Positions 10,488-18,924 of a stretch of 64,000 nt of DNA are shown here, one piece after another. Below the pieces are notes generated by a model. The model was given only the letters and a program-made list of their open reading frames with translations. It had not been told where the DNA came from and made no database searches. The stretch covers positions 49,074-113,073 of the forward strand of contig JBAYKL010000003.1 of assembly GCA_041664585.1 (NCBI GenBank), written 5' to 3'. Every line of letters starts with the position of its first letter. Positions within the stretch are counted from its first letter, which is position 1. A program made the translations under genes and the position numbers. Source of the DNA: Minisyncoccota bacterium (GTDB lineage: Bacteria > Patescibacteriota > Minisyncoccia > Phycocordibacterales > GWA1-40-21).

Positions 10488-11330
10488 ATGAAATCATATA
10501 AACCAACATCACCGTCAAGAAGAAATATGACCACTGTATCTTACAGGGGCGTATTAACCACAAGTACTCCAGAAAAATCCCTTACGAAAGGATACAAGAG
10601 ACATGTAGGAAGAAATAACAGAGGAAGAATCACAGTTAGACATAAAGGGGGAGGTAACAAGAAGCTCTTCAGAGAAGTAGACTTTATGTACAACAAAAAA
10701 GATATTCCTGCAAAAATTCTTTCAGTTGAATACGATCCTTATAGAACAGGTTTCATCGGTCTTGTCTCATATGCTGATGGTGAAAAGAGATATATTCTTT
10801 TACCAAAAGACTTAGGAGTAGGAGATCAGATGATTGTATCTGAAACAGGTGAAATAAAGACAGGTAACAGAGTTCCATTAAGCAAAATTCCAGTAGGTAC
10901 TTTCGTTTACAATGTTGAAATAAAGAAAAATGGTGGAGCAAAGCTTTGTAGATCAGCAGGTAACTGCGGTCAAATCATTGCAAATGATGCAGGTTATGCA
11001 CACATCAAACTTCCTTCAACAGAAGTAAGAAAGATACCAGAAGGAGCTTGGGCTTGTATTGGTAGAGCTTCAAACGATGAACAATGGCTTGTAAATGTCG
11101 GTAAAGCAGGTAAATCTAGACATATGGGTATAAGACCTACAGTCAGAGGATCTGTTATGAACCCTTGCGACCACCCATACGGTGGAGGTGAAGGTAGGCA
11201 GGGTAGAGGTCTAAAGAGAGCGAAAACTCTTTGGGGTAAACCAGTCGGAAAGGGCCAGAAATCAAGAACACCTAAGAAATACTCAAATTATCTTATCGTT
11301 TCTAGAAGAAAGGTTGGAAAGAGAAAGTAA
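10488..11330 (+). CDS. rplB: 50S ribosomal protein L2
   Basis: 280 aa; GRNNRGRITVRHKGGG and SRHMGIRPTVRGSVMNPCDHPYGGGEG signature. Confidence 0.95.
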   Translation: MKSYKPTSPSRRNMTTVSYRGVLTTSTPEKSLTKGYKRHVGRNNRGRITVRHKGGGNKKLFREVDFMYNKKDIPAKILSVEYDPYRTGFIGLVSYADGEKRYILLPKDLGVGDQMIVSETGEIKTGNRVPLSKIPVGTFVYNVEIKKNGGAKLCRSAGNCGQIIANDAGYAHIKLPSTEVRKIPEGAWACIGRASNDEQWLVNVGKAGKSRHMGIRPTVRGSVMNPCDHPYGGGEGRQGRGLKRAKTLWGKPVGKGQKSRTPKKYSNYLIVSRRKVGKRK

Positions 11331-11337
11331 TTTAAAC

Positions 11338-11371
11338 AAAAAACACTCATCGAAAGATGGGTGTTTTTTGT
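11338..11371 (+). terminator. rho-independent terminator after rplB
   Basis: acactcatc-gaaa-gatgggtgt hairpin plus TTTTTT. The S10 operon ends here instead of continuing into rpsS. Confidence 0.6.
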
Positions 11372-11455
11372 TTGACACCCTTGTTGTCTTAATGTAGTGT
11401 TATTTTAGAATTTAGTTAGTTTCAGGTATGTTGAACGTTAACAAAGGAGAATAAG

Positions 11456-11938
11456 GTGGATAAAAAAGATATAATTCCGAAAACTGCAATACATAATGTC
11501 ATAGACATGGCTGAAAAGATTTTTCCCATGGCTTCGAAAATCGACGGTCGTGGGCAGCCTGGTGGTTATTTGTGTGTTGTTAACCGATGGGGCAAAAATG
11601 TTATCACTTATCTCGTTGGGGATATCCCGATCGTAGATCAGGCTTCGCGTTTTATGACTCGTTGCCAGAACTATGCTGAAATTTTGAGTTCCGAGACTGT
11701 AAACTTTAATGATTGTGCGGTCAGAGATAATTGGGGAACAATTTTCTCGTTTTATGGTTTTGTAAATGATGAGGTTAATCTTGCTGTTGCTGTCGCTTTG
11801 GCTTCAGTACTTGGGGATGACTGCATGCCATTATCTTTGCAGAAGAAAATTGTGGAAGAAAGTAAAAATGATCACGTAGAACATTTATGTGAACTGGTGG
11901 ACGATATGGATCTCTATCTCAAAAAACCGCTCATGTAG
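11456..11938 (+). CDS. hypothetical protein (160 aa), GC-richer than its neighbours
   Basis: GTG start preceded by AAAGGAGA; ORF flanked by terminators; no motif recognised. Inserted between rplB and the rplJ leader. Confidence 0.5.
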   Translation: MDKKDIIPKTAIHNVIDMAEKIFPMASKIDGRGQPGGYLCVVNRWGKNVITYLVGDIPIVDQASRFMTRCQNYAEILSSETVNFNDCAVRDNWGTIFSFYGFVNDEVNLAVAVALASVLGDDCMPLSLQKKIVEESKNDHVEHLCELVDDMDLYLKKPLM

Positions 11939-11950
11939 CTTTTGCTACTC

Positions 11951-11982
11951 AAAGCACCCGATTTCAAAGGGTGCTTTTTTAT
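11951..11982 (+). terminator. rho-independent terminator
   Basis: agcaccc-gatttcaaa-gggtgct hairpin plus TTTTTT. Confidence 0.6.
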
Positions 11983-12020
11983 TTGCATTTTTAAGAAAAT
12001 GCTGTATTATATACACATAA

Positions 12021-12092
12021 AGGCTTAAGACAGCAGGTTCCCAAGATTTGGGTAGAAATCCTGCCGAGGTCAAACTCTAGTGTTAGAGGCCT
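12021..12092 (+). promoter_or_regulatory. candidate ribosomal protein L10 leader (autoregulatory mimic of the 23S L10-binding site)
   Basis: GGCUUAAGACAGCAGG...CCUGCCGAGG resembles the 23S GTPase-centre sequence GGCUUAGAAGCAGCC bound by L10(L12)4; located directly upstream of rplJ. Confidence 0.4.
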
Positions 12093-12132
12093 TTTATAAG
12101 AAGGTCGATTTTTATTTTTAAAACAAAAAATT

Positions 12133-12624
12133 ATGCCGATTACAAAAGCAAAAAAAGCAGAATTAGTAGAAGAAATAGCCAAAGCCATCAAGGGTTCTAA
12201 GTCTATTGTATTTGCAAACTTTCATAATTTGATTGTTGCAGATGATATGGCTATGAGAAAAGCTCTTAGAAAAGAAGGCATTGGATATTTAGTTGTAAAA
12301 AAGACTCTTGCAAAGAGAGCTCTTAATGAAGCTGGAATCACTGGTACTATGCCAGAATTCGTAGGTGAACTTGCTATGGTTTATGGTGAGGATCTTACTG
12401 GTCCAGCGAGAGAGTTTTTTACTTTCCAAAATAAATACAAGGGCAATGTAAAAATTGTCGGAGGTGTTTTTGAAGGAAGATATATGACTCTAGAAGAAAT
12501 GACAGCAATTGCTGCTATTCCTTCACAAAAGACTTTGTATGCTCAGTTTGTTAATCTTATCAATTCTCCAATACAGAGATTCGCTGTTGTTTTGGATCAA
12601 ATTGCTAAGACAAAGACTGCCTAA
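12133..12624 (+). CDS. rplJ: 50S ribosomal protein L10
   Basis: 163 aa; N-terminus MPITKAKKAELVEEI... typical of L10; followed by rplL. Confidence 0.9.
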   Translation: MPITKAKKAELVEEIAKAIKGSKSIVFANFHNLIVADDMAMRKALRKEGIGYLVVKKTLAKRALNEAGITGTMPEFVGELAMVYGEDLTGPAREFFTFQNKYKGNVKIVGGVFEGRYMTLEEMTAIAAIPSQKTLYAQFVNLINSPIQRFAVVLDQIAKTKTA

Positions 12625-12657
12625 CAATTTAACTTATCAATTAATTAATTAAAAATT

Positions 12658-13047
12658 ATGGAAGAAGTAAAAGTAGAAGTTCCTGCTAAATTTAAAGATT
12701 TAGTTGAGACTATAGAAAAGATGTCAGTTTTGGATCTTCATGAGCTTGTAAAAACTCTTGAAGCTAAGTTTGGTGTTTCAGCTGCAGCTGTTGCTGTCGC
12801 TGGTCCAGCTGTTGCTGTTGAAGCTGCAGAAGAGAAGTCAACTTTCAAAGTTGAGCTTACAGATGCAGGTGCTCAGAAAATAGCTGTTATCAAAGCTGTA
12901 AAAGAAGCTTTGGCTCTTGGACTTAAAGAAGCTAAGGACCTCGTAGACGGTGTTCCTTCAGTTCTTAAGGAAGAAATGAAGAAGGAAGAAGCAGAAGCTT
13001 TGAAGAAAGCTGTAGAAGCTGCAGGAGGTAAGGTTACACTTAAATAA
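12658..13047 (+). CDS. rplL: 50S ribosomal protein L7/L12
   Basis: 129 aa; N-terminal dimerisation region, Ala-rich hinge ([18 protein letters not shown]) and C-terminal KVELTDAG...KEAKDLV domain. Confidence 0.95.
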   Translation: MEEVKVEVPAKFKDLVETIEKMSVLDLHELVKTLEAKFGVSAAAVAVAGPAVAVEAAEEKSTFKVELTDAGAQKIAVIKAVKEALALGLKEAKDLVDGVPSVLKEEMKKEEAEALKKAVEAAGGKVTLK

Positions 13048-13063
13048 TATATTGAATATTAGG

Positions 13064-13104
13064 GAAAAGGCGGGTTTTGCTTAAAGCAAAACCCGCCTTT
13101 TCTT
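13064..13104 (+). terminator. rho-independent terminator after rplL
   Basis: aaaaggcgggttttgc-ttaaa-gcaaaacccgcctttt hairpin plus T tract. No rpoB follows. Confidence 0.7.
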
Positions 13105-13150
13105 ATGCTTTTAGATAGTATATAATGCTTTTAATAACTAATTAGCAAAT

Positions 13151-13768
13151 ATGTCAGCATTAAATATATTATTTGGTAGCCAAGAGAGAGTAAAGATTAT
13201 GCGTCTTTTCCTATTCAATTCAGAAGAGGTTTTTGATTTGGATTTGATTTGTGAAAGGTCTAAAGTTTCTACCTCAAAAGTAAGGAGCGAGGTTAATGTT
13301 TTAGAAAAAGCTGGATTAGTAAAAAGAAGAGATTTTTCTAAAATAATTATAAAGAAGAATCACGGAAAGATTACAGAAAACAAAAAGAAATCTCATGGCT
13401 TTATTTTAAATACAGAGTTTACTTACATGTCTGCTCTCAAGCAGCTTTTGATGAATACTCAATCTCTTGATGGTGGGGATATAGTAAAAAGATTAGCTAA
13501 GGCTGGTAAATTAAAACTTGTTGTTGTTTCTGGTGTCTTTATCCAGGATCCACAAAGTAGAGTAGATATTTTGGTGGTGGGGGATAGGATAAGTAAGAAT
13601 GTATTAGATAAAACTATCAAAAACATTGAATCGGAGATTGGTAAGGAACTTACCTACGCATATTTTGAAGTGTTAGATTATCAATACAGGCTTCAAATGT
13701 ATGACAAACTTGTAAGAGATATTCTGGATTACCCACATGAGGTGTTATTAGACAAAATAAAGGCTTAA
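13151..13768 (+). CDS. hypothetical protein with a possible N-terminal winged-helix DNA-binding domain
   Basis: 205 aa; N-terminal stretch KIMRLFLFNSEEVFDLDLICERSKVSTSKVRSEVNVLEKAGLV resembles ArsR/MarR-type wHTH; the remainder is unassigned. Confidence 0.4.
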   Translation: MSALNILFGSQERVKIMRLFLFNSEEVFDLDLICERSKVSTSKVRSEVNVLEKAGLVKRRDFSKIIIKKNHGKITENKKKSHGFILNTEFTYMSALKQLLMNTQSLDGGDIVKRLAKAGKLKLVVVSGVFIQDPQSRVDILVVGDRISKNVLDKTIKNIESEIGKELTYAYFEVLDYQYRLQMYDKLVRDILDYPHEVLLDKIKA

Positions 13769-13889
13769 AAAGCCTTTATTTTGTTATTAACTTTCTGTTT
13801 GTAATTATTTTAAATAAGATGATATAATTACAGGGTAAATTAAGGTCGTTTGATTATTATTAGTTATTAATATTTAAATAAAAAAATAA

Positions 13890-14576
13890 ATGAATTTAGT
13901 TGAATTAGGTGATAGCTTAAGCGTTTCAGCTTCAAATATGTGGGCAGGTGTTATTAATTTTACTCCAAAACTTATCGTAGCTATTATTATAGCTCTTATA
14001 GGTGTAGTCATCGGAGCTATACTTGGTAAACTTGTTGCTCAGCTTATTAAACTTACTAAGGTTGATAATGCTTTGAAGGCTGCTGGTGCTGATAAGTTTG
14101 TAGAAAAGTCTGGCATCAAGCTAGATGTCGGTGCTTTTATCGGTGCTTTAGTTAAATGGTTCTTTATCGTTGTATTCCTAGTAGTTTCATTCGATATACT
14201 TGGACTTCAAGCTGTTACAGCTTTCTTAACAGGAGATGTACTAAGCTTCCTCCCAAAGGTTATCGTCGCTGCTATTATCATAGTAGTTGCTGCGATTATC
14301 GCAGAAGCTATGCAGAAGGTTGTTGTAGCAAGTGCTAAAGCTGCAAATAGCAGATCAGCAAATTTTGCTGGTAATATAGCAAAAGGAGCTGTTTGGCTTC
14401 TCGCTATCTTCGCTGTAGTTGCTCAATTTGATTCTCTAGCTCAAATAGTTGGTCCTTTACTACAAGGTATCATTATCGCTATTTCTTTGGCTGTTGGTTT
14501 GGCATTTGGTCTTGGTGGTCAAGATGCTGCAGCTAAGTATATTGAGAAGTTGAAGAACGATATAGCTCACAAATAG
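13890..14576 (+). CDS. membrane protein with repeated conserved TM helices (MscS-like TM_helix repeat family candidate)
   Basis: 228 aa, several amphipathic/hydrophobic helices, repeated KxxxxxG(A/I)xIG motifs. Confidence 0.45.
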   Translation: MNLVELGDSLSVSASNMWAGVINFTPKLIVAIIIALIGVVIGAILGKLVAQLIKLTKVDNALKAAGADKFVEKSGIKLDVGAFIGALVKWFFIVVFLVVSFDILGLQAVTAFLTGDVLSFLPKVIVAAIIIVVAAIIAEAMQKVVVASAKAANSRSANFAGNIAKGAVWLLAIFAVVAQFDSLAQIVGPLLQGIIIAISLAVGLAFGLGGQDAAAKYIEKLKNDIAHK

Positions 14577-14600
14577 TTTGTGGATATAAAAGTGTAAAAG

Positions 14601-14637
14601 AAAAAGACTGGATTTGCTAAGCAAATCCAGTCTTTTT
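14601..14637 (+). terminator. rho-independent terminator
   Basis: aaaaagactggatttgc-taa-gcaaatccagtcttttt hairpin. Confidence 0.7.
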
Positions 14638-14689
14638 CAATTTCTTTTCATTTTATATTGTTGACTTTATAAAAGGAGAGTATAATTAA

Positions 14690-14856
14690 AGTAGGATTAT
14701 TAGGGGAGCATTATCCGATTAAATTTTTTTCAGGGAGTCTAACTTTTGATACACCTTGGTGCATCATCGAGGACACCCACCTAGATAATTCTAGGGTAAT
14801 GCTACTTCAAGTAATCCTTATAGAAAACCCGCTCTTCGGAGCGGGTTTTGTTGTTA
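14690..14856 (+). ncRNA. candidate structured small RNA or cis-regulatory leader (unclassified) ending in an intrinsic terminator
   Basis: A TTGACT/TATAAT-like promoter at 14661-14686. Nested long-range pairings AGGAUUAUU/AGUAAUCCU and AGCAUUA/UAAUGCU, an internal CUAG-AUAAUU-CUAG hairpin, then the gcggguuuu terminator at 14826-14856. The next gene starts 43 nt downstream. Confidence 0.35.
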
Positions 14857-14898
14857 TAGAAGCTTATAAATTATTAAACTAGATGCTATAATGTTTTT

Positions 14899-15339
14899 AT
14901 GAAAAAAGAGTATATACTTTACAGCTCATCTTTAGTCCTTGTATTAATTTCTGTTTTAAATTATCTAGGTGGTCAGTTTTATTGGTATTGGACTTACAGA
15001 TGGTTTGATATCCCTGTACACATGCTTGGAGGTGCTTGGATTGGACTTACAACTCTTTGGCTATGGGCACATTTTATGCATTTGAAAGTTATAAAAACTT
15101 TTCGTATGAAAGCTCTTGGGGTGGTAGTTTTTGCAATTTTTTTTGTAGGAATTTCTTGGGAGGTGTTTGAGCTTTTGGGAGGTATTACGGATATGACAGA
15201 TAGGGGATATTGGCCTGATACAATAGGGGATATAATAAATGATTCTATTGGTGGTATGTTTGCGTATTTTCTTTTTATAAAAACAAAGAAACCAGAGAAA
15301 GAACCAGCTGTTATTAGTGTTGGGAATAATATTAATTAA
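14899..15339 (+). CDS. VanZ-like small membrane protein
   Basis: 146 aa with four hydrophobic segments; the C-terminal DTIGDIINDSIGGMFAYFLF resembles the VanZ-family D..(I/L)(A/I)N..GG motif. Confidence 0.4.
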   Translation: MKKEYILYSSSLVLVLISVLNYLGGQFYWYWTYRWFDIPVHMLGGAWIGLTTLWLWAHFMHLKVIKTFRMKALGVVVFAIFFVGISWEVFELLGGITDMTDRGYWPDTIGDIINDSIGGMFAYFLFIKTKKPEKEPAVISVGNNIN

Positions 15340-15340
15340 A

Positions 15341-16699
15341 ATGAAATTAACTTTTTATGGAGGAACGGGTTCGGTAACTGGTGCTAATTTTTTAGTAGAA
15401 ACAGATAGCTTGAAGTTTGTTGTTGATTGCGGAATGATGCAGGGTTCAGATATCGCAGAGAGTTTTAATCGTGATCCATTTCCTTATGATCCTTCTACAT
15501 TGGGCTATCTCTTGGTCACTCATGCACATATAGACCACATAGGAAGAATTCGTAAATTAGTAAAAGATGGTTTTAATGGAAAGATAATCAGCACACCAGA
15601 GACGAAAGAAATTGCGGGCTTTCTTTTAGAAGACTCTCTTAGGATTATAGATGCTGATTCTAGAAAGAAAGGAGTCTTACCAATGTGGGAAAGGAAAGAT
15701 ATGGAGAAAGCCATGTCGCTTTGGCAGACGCTTGAATACCATACAGATTTTTCTTTAAACAGTGAAATATCTATTTATATGAAGGATTCTGGGCATATCT
15801 TGGGGTCTGCGATGATTGAGGTAAAGAGTAGTAAGGGCAAGATTGTATTTACTGGAGATCTTGGTAATTCGCCATCACTTTTGTTGAATGATACAGAAGA
15901 AATTACAGATGCAGATTATATCGTAATGGAGAGTGTATATGGAGACAGAAATCATGAACCAAAAGATGTAAGAAAAGAGAAATTAAAACAGGCTATTTTA
16001 GATACAATAAAAAATAAAAAAGTTCTTATTATTCCAGCATTTTCTCTTGAAAGAAGTCAGATGATTCTTTATGAGATGAATGATTTTTTTGAAAACGGAA
16101 TTATTCCTCAGATTCCTGTTTTTATGGATTCTCCTTTGGCGAGTAAAATTACAAAAGTATATGAAGAATCTAAGAACCTTAAACAGAGCGTACTAGATGA
16201 AATGAAAGCTGGGGATGATGTATTTAAATTTCCAAAACTTAAGTTTACAGTTAGAGCAGACGAATCAGAAAGAATCGATAATACTCCAAATCCTAAAATA
16301 ATTATTGCTGGTTCAGGTATGTCGACTGGTGGAAGAATTATTCATCATGAAAAGGACAATGTTGGGAACAAAGATGCAACGATTCTTCTTGTGGGATATC
16401 AGTCTATCGGTACTCTTGGTAGGAAACTTCAGGATGGATTAAAGGAGGTCCAGATTTACGGAGAAAATATTAAGGTGAAAGCTAGAGTGGATACGATTAC
16501 TGGGTATTCTTCGCATAAAGATTCAGATCACCTAACTGCTTTTGTGGAAAAAGCTGCAGAACAAGAAAAATTAAAGAAAGTATTTGTGGTAATGGGTGAG
16601 CCGAAGTCTTCGCTTTTCTTAGTTCAGCGTCTTAGAGATGATCTTAATGTTTCCGCTGTGAATCCGGAGTATAAACAAGAGGTGGAGATTAGTATTTAG
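15341..16699 (+). CDS. metallo-beta-lactamase / beta-CASP ribonuclease (RNase J-like)
   Basis: HAHIDHIG (HxHxDH) motif, GH...D metal ligands, C-terminal beta-CASP/RMMBL-like region (YSSHKDSDHL). ATG at 15341 lies two nt after the upstream stop. Confidence 0.7.
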   Translation: MKLTFYGGTGSVTGANFLVETDSLKFVVDCGMMQGSDIAESFNRDPFPYDPSTLGYLLVTHAHIDHIGRIRKLVKDGFNGKIISTPETKEIAGFLLEDSLRIIDADSRKKGVLPMWERKDMEKAMSLWQTLEYHTDFSLNSEISIYMKDSGHILGSAMIEVKSSKGKIVFTGDLGNSPSLLLNDTEEITDADYIVMESVYGDRNHEPKDVRKEKLKQAILDTIKNKKVLIIPAFSLERSQMILYEMNDFFENGIIPQIPVFMDSPLASKITKVYEESKNLKQSVLDEMKAGDDVFKFPKLKFTVRADESERIDNTPNPKIIIAGSGMSTGGRIIHHEKDNVGNKDATILLVGYQSIGTLGRKLQDGLKEVQIYGENIKVKARVDTITGYSSHKDSDHLTAFVEKAAEQEKLKKVFVVMGEPKSSLFLVQRLRDDLNVSAVNPEYKQEVEISI

Positions 16700-16750
16700 T
16701 ATATTGTATACAGTATATGGTATACAGAGCGTAAGGGAATAAACAAAGAC

Positions 16751-16790
16751 GGGGTTTGGGCATAGCCCAAACCCCGTCTTTGCTTTATCG
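16751..16790 (+). terminator. rho-independent terminator (first copy of a duplicated element)
   Basis: ggggtttggg-cata-gcccaaacccc hairpin followed by gtctttgcttt. Copy 2 at 21759 has a compensatory stem variant. Confidence 0.6.
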
Positions 16791-17290
16791 AAATGAACCA
16801 TGGTTCATTTCGGTATCTGTCTTTGCGAGCAAAGCGAAGCAAACCATCTCTGGATTGCTACGTCGGCAGACCTCCTAGCAAAGACAGGAAACCTGTTTCT
16901 TGTTTCTCTTAAGATCATATACTAAATACTTATACTGTATACTCACTAACGCTTATCCACACCCCCAAATCCATTGCATCCCACTCTCAAAAACTATGTA
17001 ATATACACATGTCACAGAAAATCTCTAAGTCTCTTTCTAAAATAAAGAAAATATCTATATACACAATATCTGCTTTCATTGTAGCTAAGCTCGTAGTATT
17101 TGCAGGCAATCTTATACCAGAAAGTACTCCAACCACTTCAACAATGGTTACGCTAGGTGATTTATATGAGAAAATCACAAATAACTCATATACCGCTTCT
17201 TCTCATCCAGTATCTACCACTACTTCACCAGCTTCTACATTCTCTACTCTAGAAAGCATATATAATGCTATACCTGACATATCTGGTAAT
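16751..17290 (+). repeat. copy 1 of an approximately 540-bp segmental duplication (terminator, 230-bp conserved leader, first about 90 codons of gene A)
   Basis: More than 90% identical to 21759-22297. Contains the perfect palindrome cgaaatgaacca|tggttcatttcg at 16789-16812. Confidence 0.85.
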
Positions 17291-17776
17291 GCGGCATCTA
17301 TCCTTTCAAATACCTCTATTATGGGAATACAGGGCACTCTTTCTATTCCTTCTGCTTCTCAGGTTGCTACAGGTACAGTATTTGGACCTAATGCTAATGG
17401 AGAAACTATTGGTACTCTTCCTGTCACCGCTCCTGTTCTTCCAGATACCATTAGTGCTTGGTCAGTAGCTAAGTCTACGGGTACTTGGGGTGGAGCTATT
17501 CTATTTTGTAATAATTTGGCAGAAGATGGTGCGAATTGGAGGTTGCCGAAAATAGCAGAACTAGCATTTGCTTTGGAAGAACAATTTAAAAGCAACCCTT
17601 CTTATGTAGATCATGATTTTGCATCGAACTCTGCTTATTGGTCAGGTGTTGAGTCCGATAATAATCCTACAAACGAGGCTTACTACGGTATTTATTATAC
17701 TGATATTAATTACAACCACGTGTACAGTTTTTCTGGCAGTAAGGGTCAAAGTTTTCTCATCCGCTGCGTCCACTAA
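17009..17776 (+). CDS. secreted/anchored DUF1566 (Lcl C-terminal domain)-like protein, paralog A1
   Basis: N-terminal hydrophobic anchor; Ser/Thr-rich linker; conserved W..A..FCNNL.E.G..WRLPK..EL ... YWSG ... RCVH motif block shared with 17788, 22016 and 22744. Confidence 0.6.
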   Translation: MSQKISKSLSKIKKISIYTISAFIVAKLVVFAGNLIPESTPTTSTMVTLGDLYEKITNNSYTASSHPVSTTTSPASTFSTLESIYNAIPDISGNAASILSNTSIMGIQGTLSIPSASQVATGTVFGPNANGETIGTLPVTAPVLPDTISAWSVAKSTGTWGGAILFCNNLAEDGANWRLPKIAELAFALEEQFKSNPSYVDHDFASNSAYWSGVESDNNPTNEAYYGIYYTDINYNHVYSFSGSKGQSFLIRCVH

Positions 17777-17787
17777 TTTTTATATCT

Positions 17788-18513
17788 ATGAAAAACAAAT
17801 TAAAATCATACATACCTAAAATACGCACAATATCTTTATATACGATATCTACTTTTATCGCAGCTAGACTTATAGCTTCAGCCGGTAACTTAGCTCCATC
17901 AGAAGCACCAGCCCCTACTATGGTGACCTTGGATCATTTGTTTAATAAAATTCAGGATAATTATTATTATTTTGGTGATGAACCAAAACTTTCTATTTCT
18001 ACATTATTATCTCCAGCAAACTCTATGCGTACATTGTTGGAAGTATATACTGCTATACCTAGTATCTCTCCAGATACTATTGCTACCGGTACTACTATTA
18101 TGGGCATACCGGGGAATGTGATTATACCGACGGCGAATACGGTGCAGTACGGAGTGCAGTTTGGGGATATGCCTTATAATTATCAAACAGGAACGATTAG
18201 CACGCCAACTAATATATGGTCAAATGCTTCAACAACAGCTAACTGGAATAACGCATTGGTTTTTTGTAATAATCTATCAGAAGGTGGACATGCTTGGAGG
18301 TTGCCGAAGGCGAACGAAATAGTTCAAGGTTTGTCAGAACCAGTTAATGGTTTCGGTCAATATGTGAATGTGTGGTCTGGTACAGATTATGGGGTAGACC
18401 CTTATGATGGCTATGACAAAGCTTTTTTAGGTTCAGTTTTTGCTAATTACACTGAAGCTTACAGCTGGACTGCTTATAAAAATTGGACATTTCATGTCCG
18501 TTGCACCAGATAG
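17788..18513 (+). CDS. secreted/anchored DUF1566-like protein, paralog B1 (Tyr/Asp-rich C-terminus)
   Basis: N-terminus MKNKLKSYIPKIRTISLYTISTFIAARL is 90% identical at DNA level to 22744. Motif LVFCNNLSEGGHAWRLPK. Confidence 0.6.
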   Translation: MKNKLKSYIPKIRTISLYTISTFIAARLIASAGNLAPSEAPAPTMVTLDHLFNKIQDNYYYFGDEPKLSISTLLSPANSMRTLLEVYTAIPSISPDTIATGTTIMGIPGNVIIPTANTVQYGVQFGDMPYNYQTGTISTPTNIWSNASTTANWNNALVFCNNLSEGGHAWRLPKANEIVQGLSEPVNGFGQYVNVWSGTDYGVDPYDGYDKAFLGSVFANYTEAYSWTAYKNWTFHVRCTR

Positions 18514-18647
18514 GGATTTTTTTACTAAGTCTACAACTAGATTCTGCTAGATAATTAAATAGCAAATTTTGTGTTTTTGTGTTATAAAAAGAATATCTAG
18601 AATAATGTATTTTGGATAGGGAGTTCTTTTCAAAAAAAGGGGATTTT

Positions 18648-18866
18648 ATGAGAAAAATAAGAAGTCACAGACTTATTGTAAGTGGTATCGTTTACCGTTG
18701 TGTCGTAATTTTTTTTACAACACTGTTCTTCTGGCTCGGGGTTAAACCACTGGTCGATTCGTGTGGCCCATTTGGCGCTGCAGTTATCTGGGGGATTATA
18801 AATACGCTTATTTACTACGCATATCACTTTCTCTTTGCTAAGATGTTCAAATTGGGCAAAGATTAG
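18648..18866 (+). CDS. small membrane protein, DUF2061-like, immediately upstream of cysD
   Basis: 72 aa; ribosome-binding site AAGGGG before the ATG; two TM helices; ends ...NTLIYYAYHFLFAKM, resembling the DUF2061 YY.HE motif. Confidence 0.35.
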   Translation: MRKIRSHRLIVSGIVYRCVVIFFTTLFFWLGVKPLVDSCGPFGAAVIWGIINTLIYYAYHFLFAKMFKLGKD

Positions 18867-18874
18867 GCTGGTAC

Positions 18875-18909
18875 GACGCGATTCTTGAAAAGAATCGCGT
18901 CTTTTTTTT
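18875..18909 (+). terminator. hairpin plus T tract between the small membrane-protein gene and cysD (possible attenuator)
   Basis: gacgcgattctt-gaaa-agaatcgcgtc followed by TTTTTTTT. Confidence 0.55.
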
Positions 18910-18924
18910 AATGGATTTTATGTT

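Noticed and set aside
14690-14856. Possible TPP riboswitch or SRP RNA identity for the structured element
   Set aside because: It has a CUAG-AUAAUU-CUAG hairpin vaguely like TPP P3, but lacks the CUGAGA and GGGGUGC/ACCC elements. It also lacks the SRP domain IV GGAA...AGCAG motif, so it is left unclassified.
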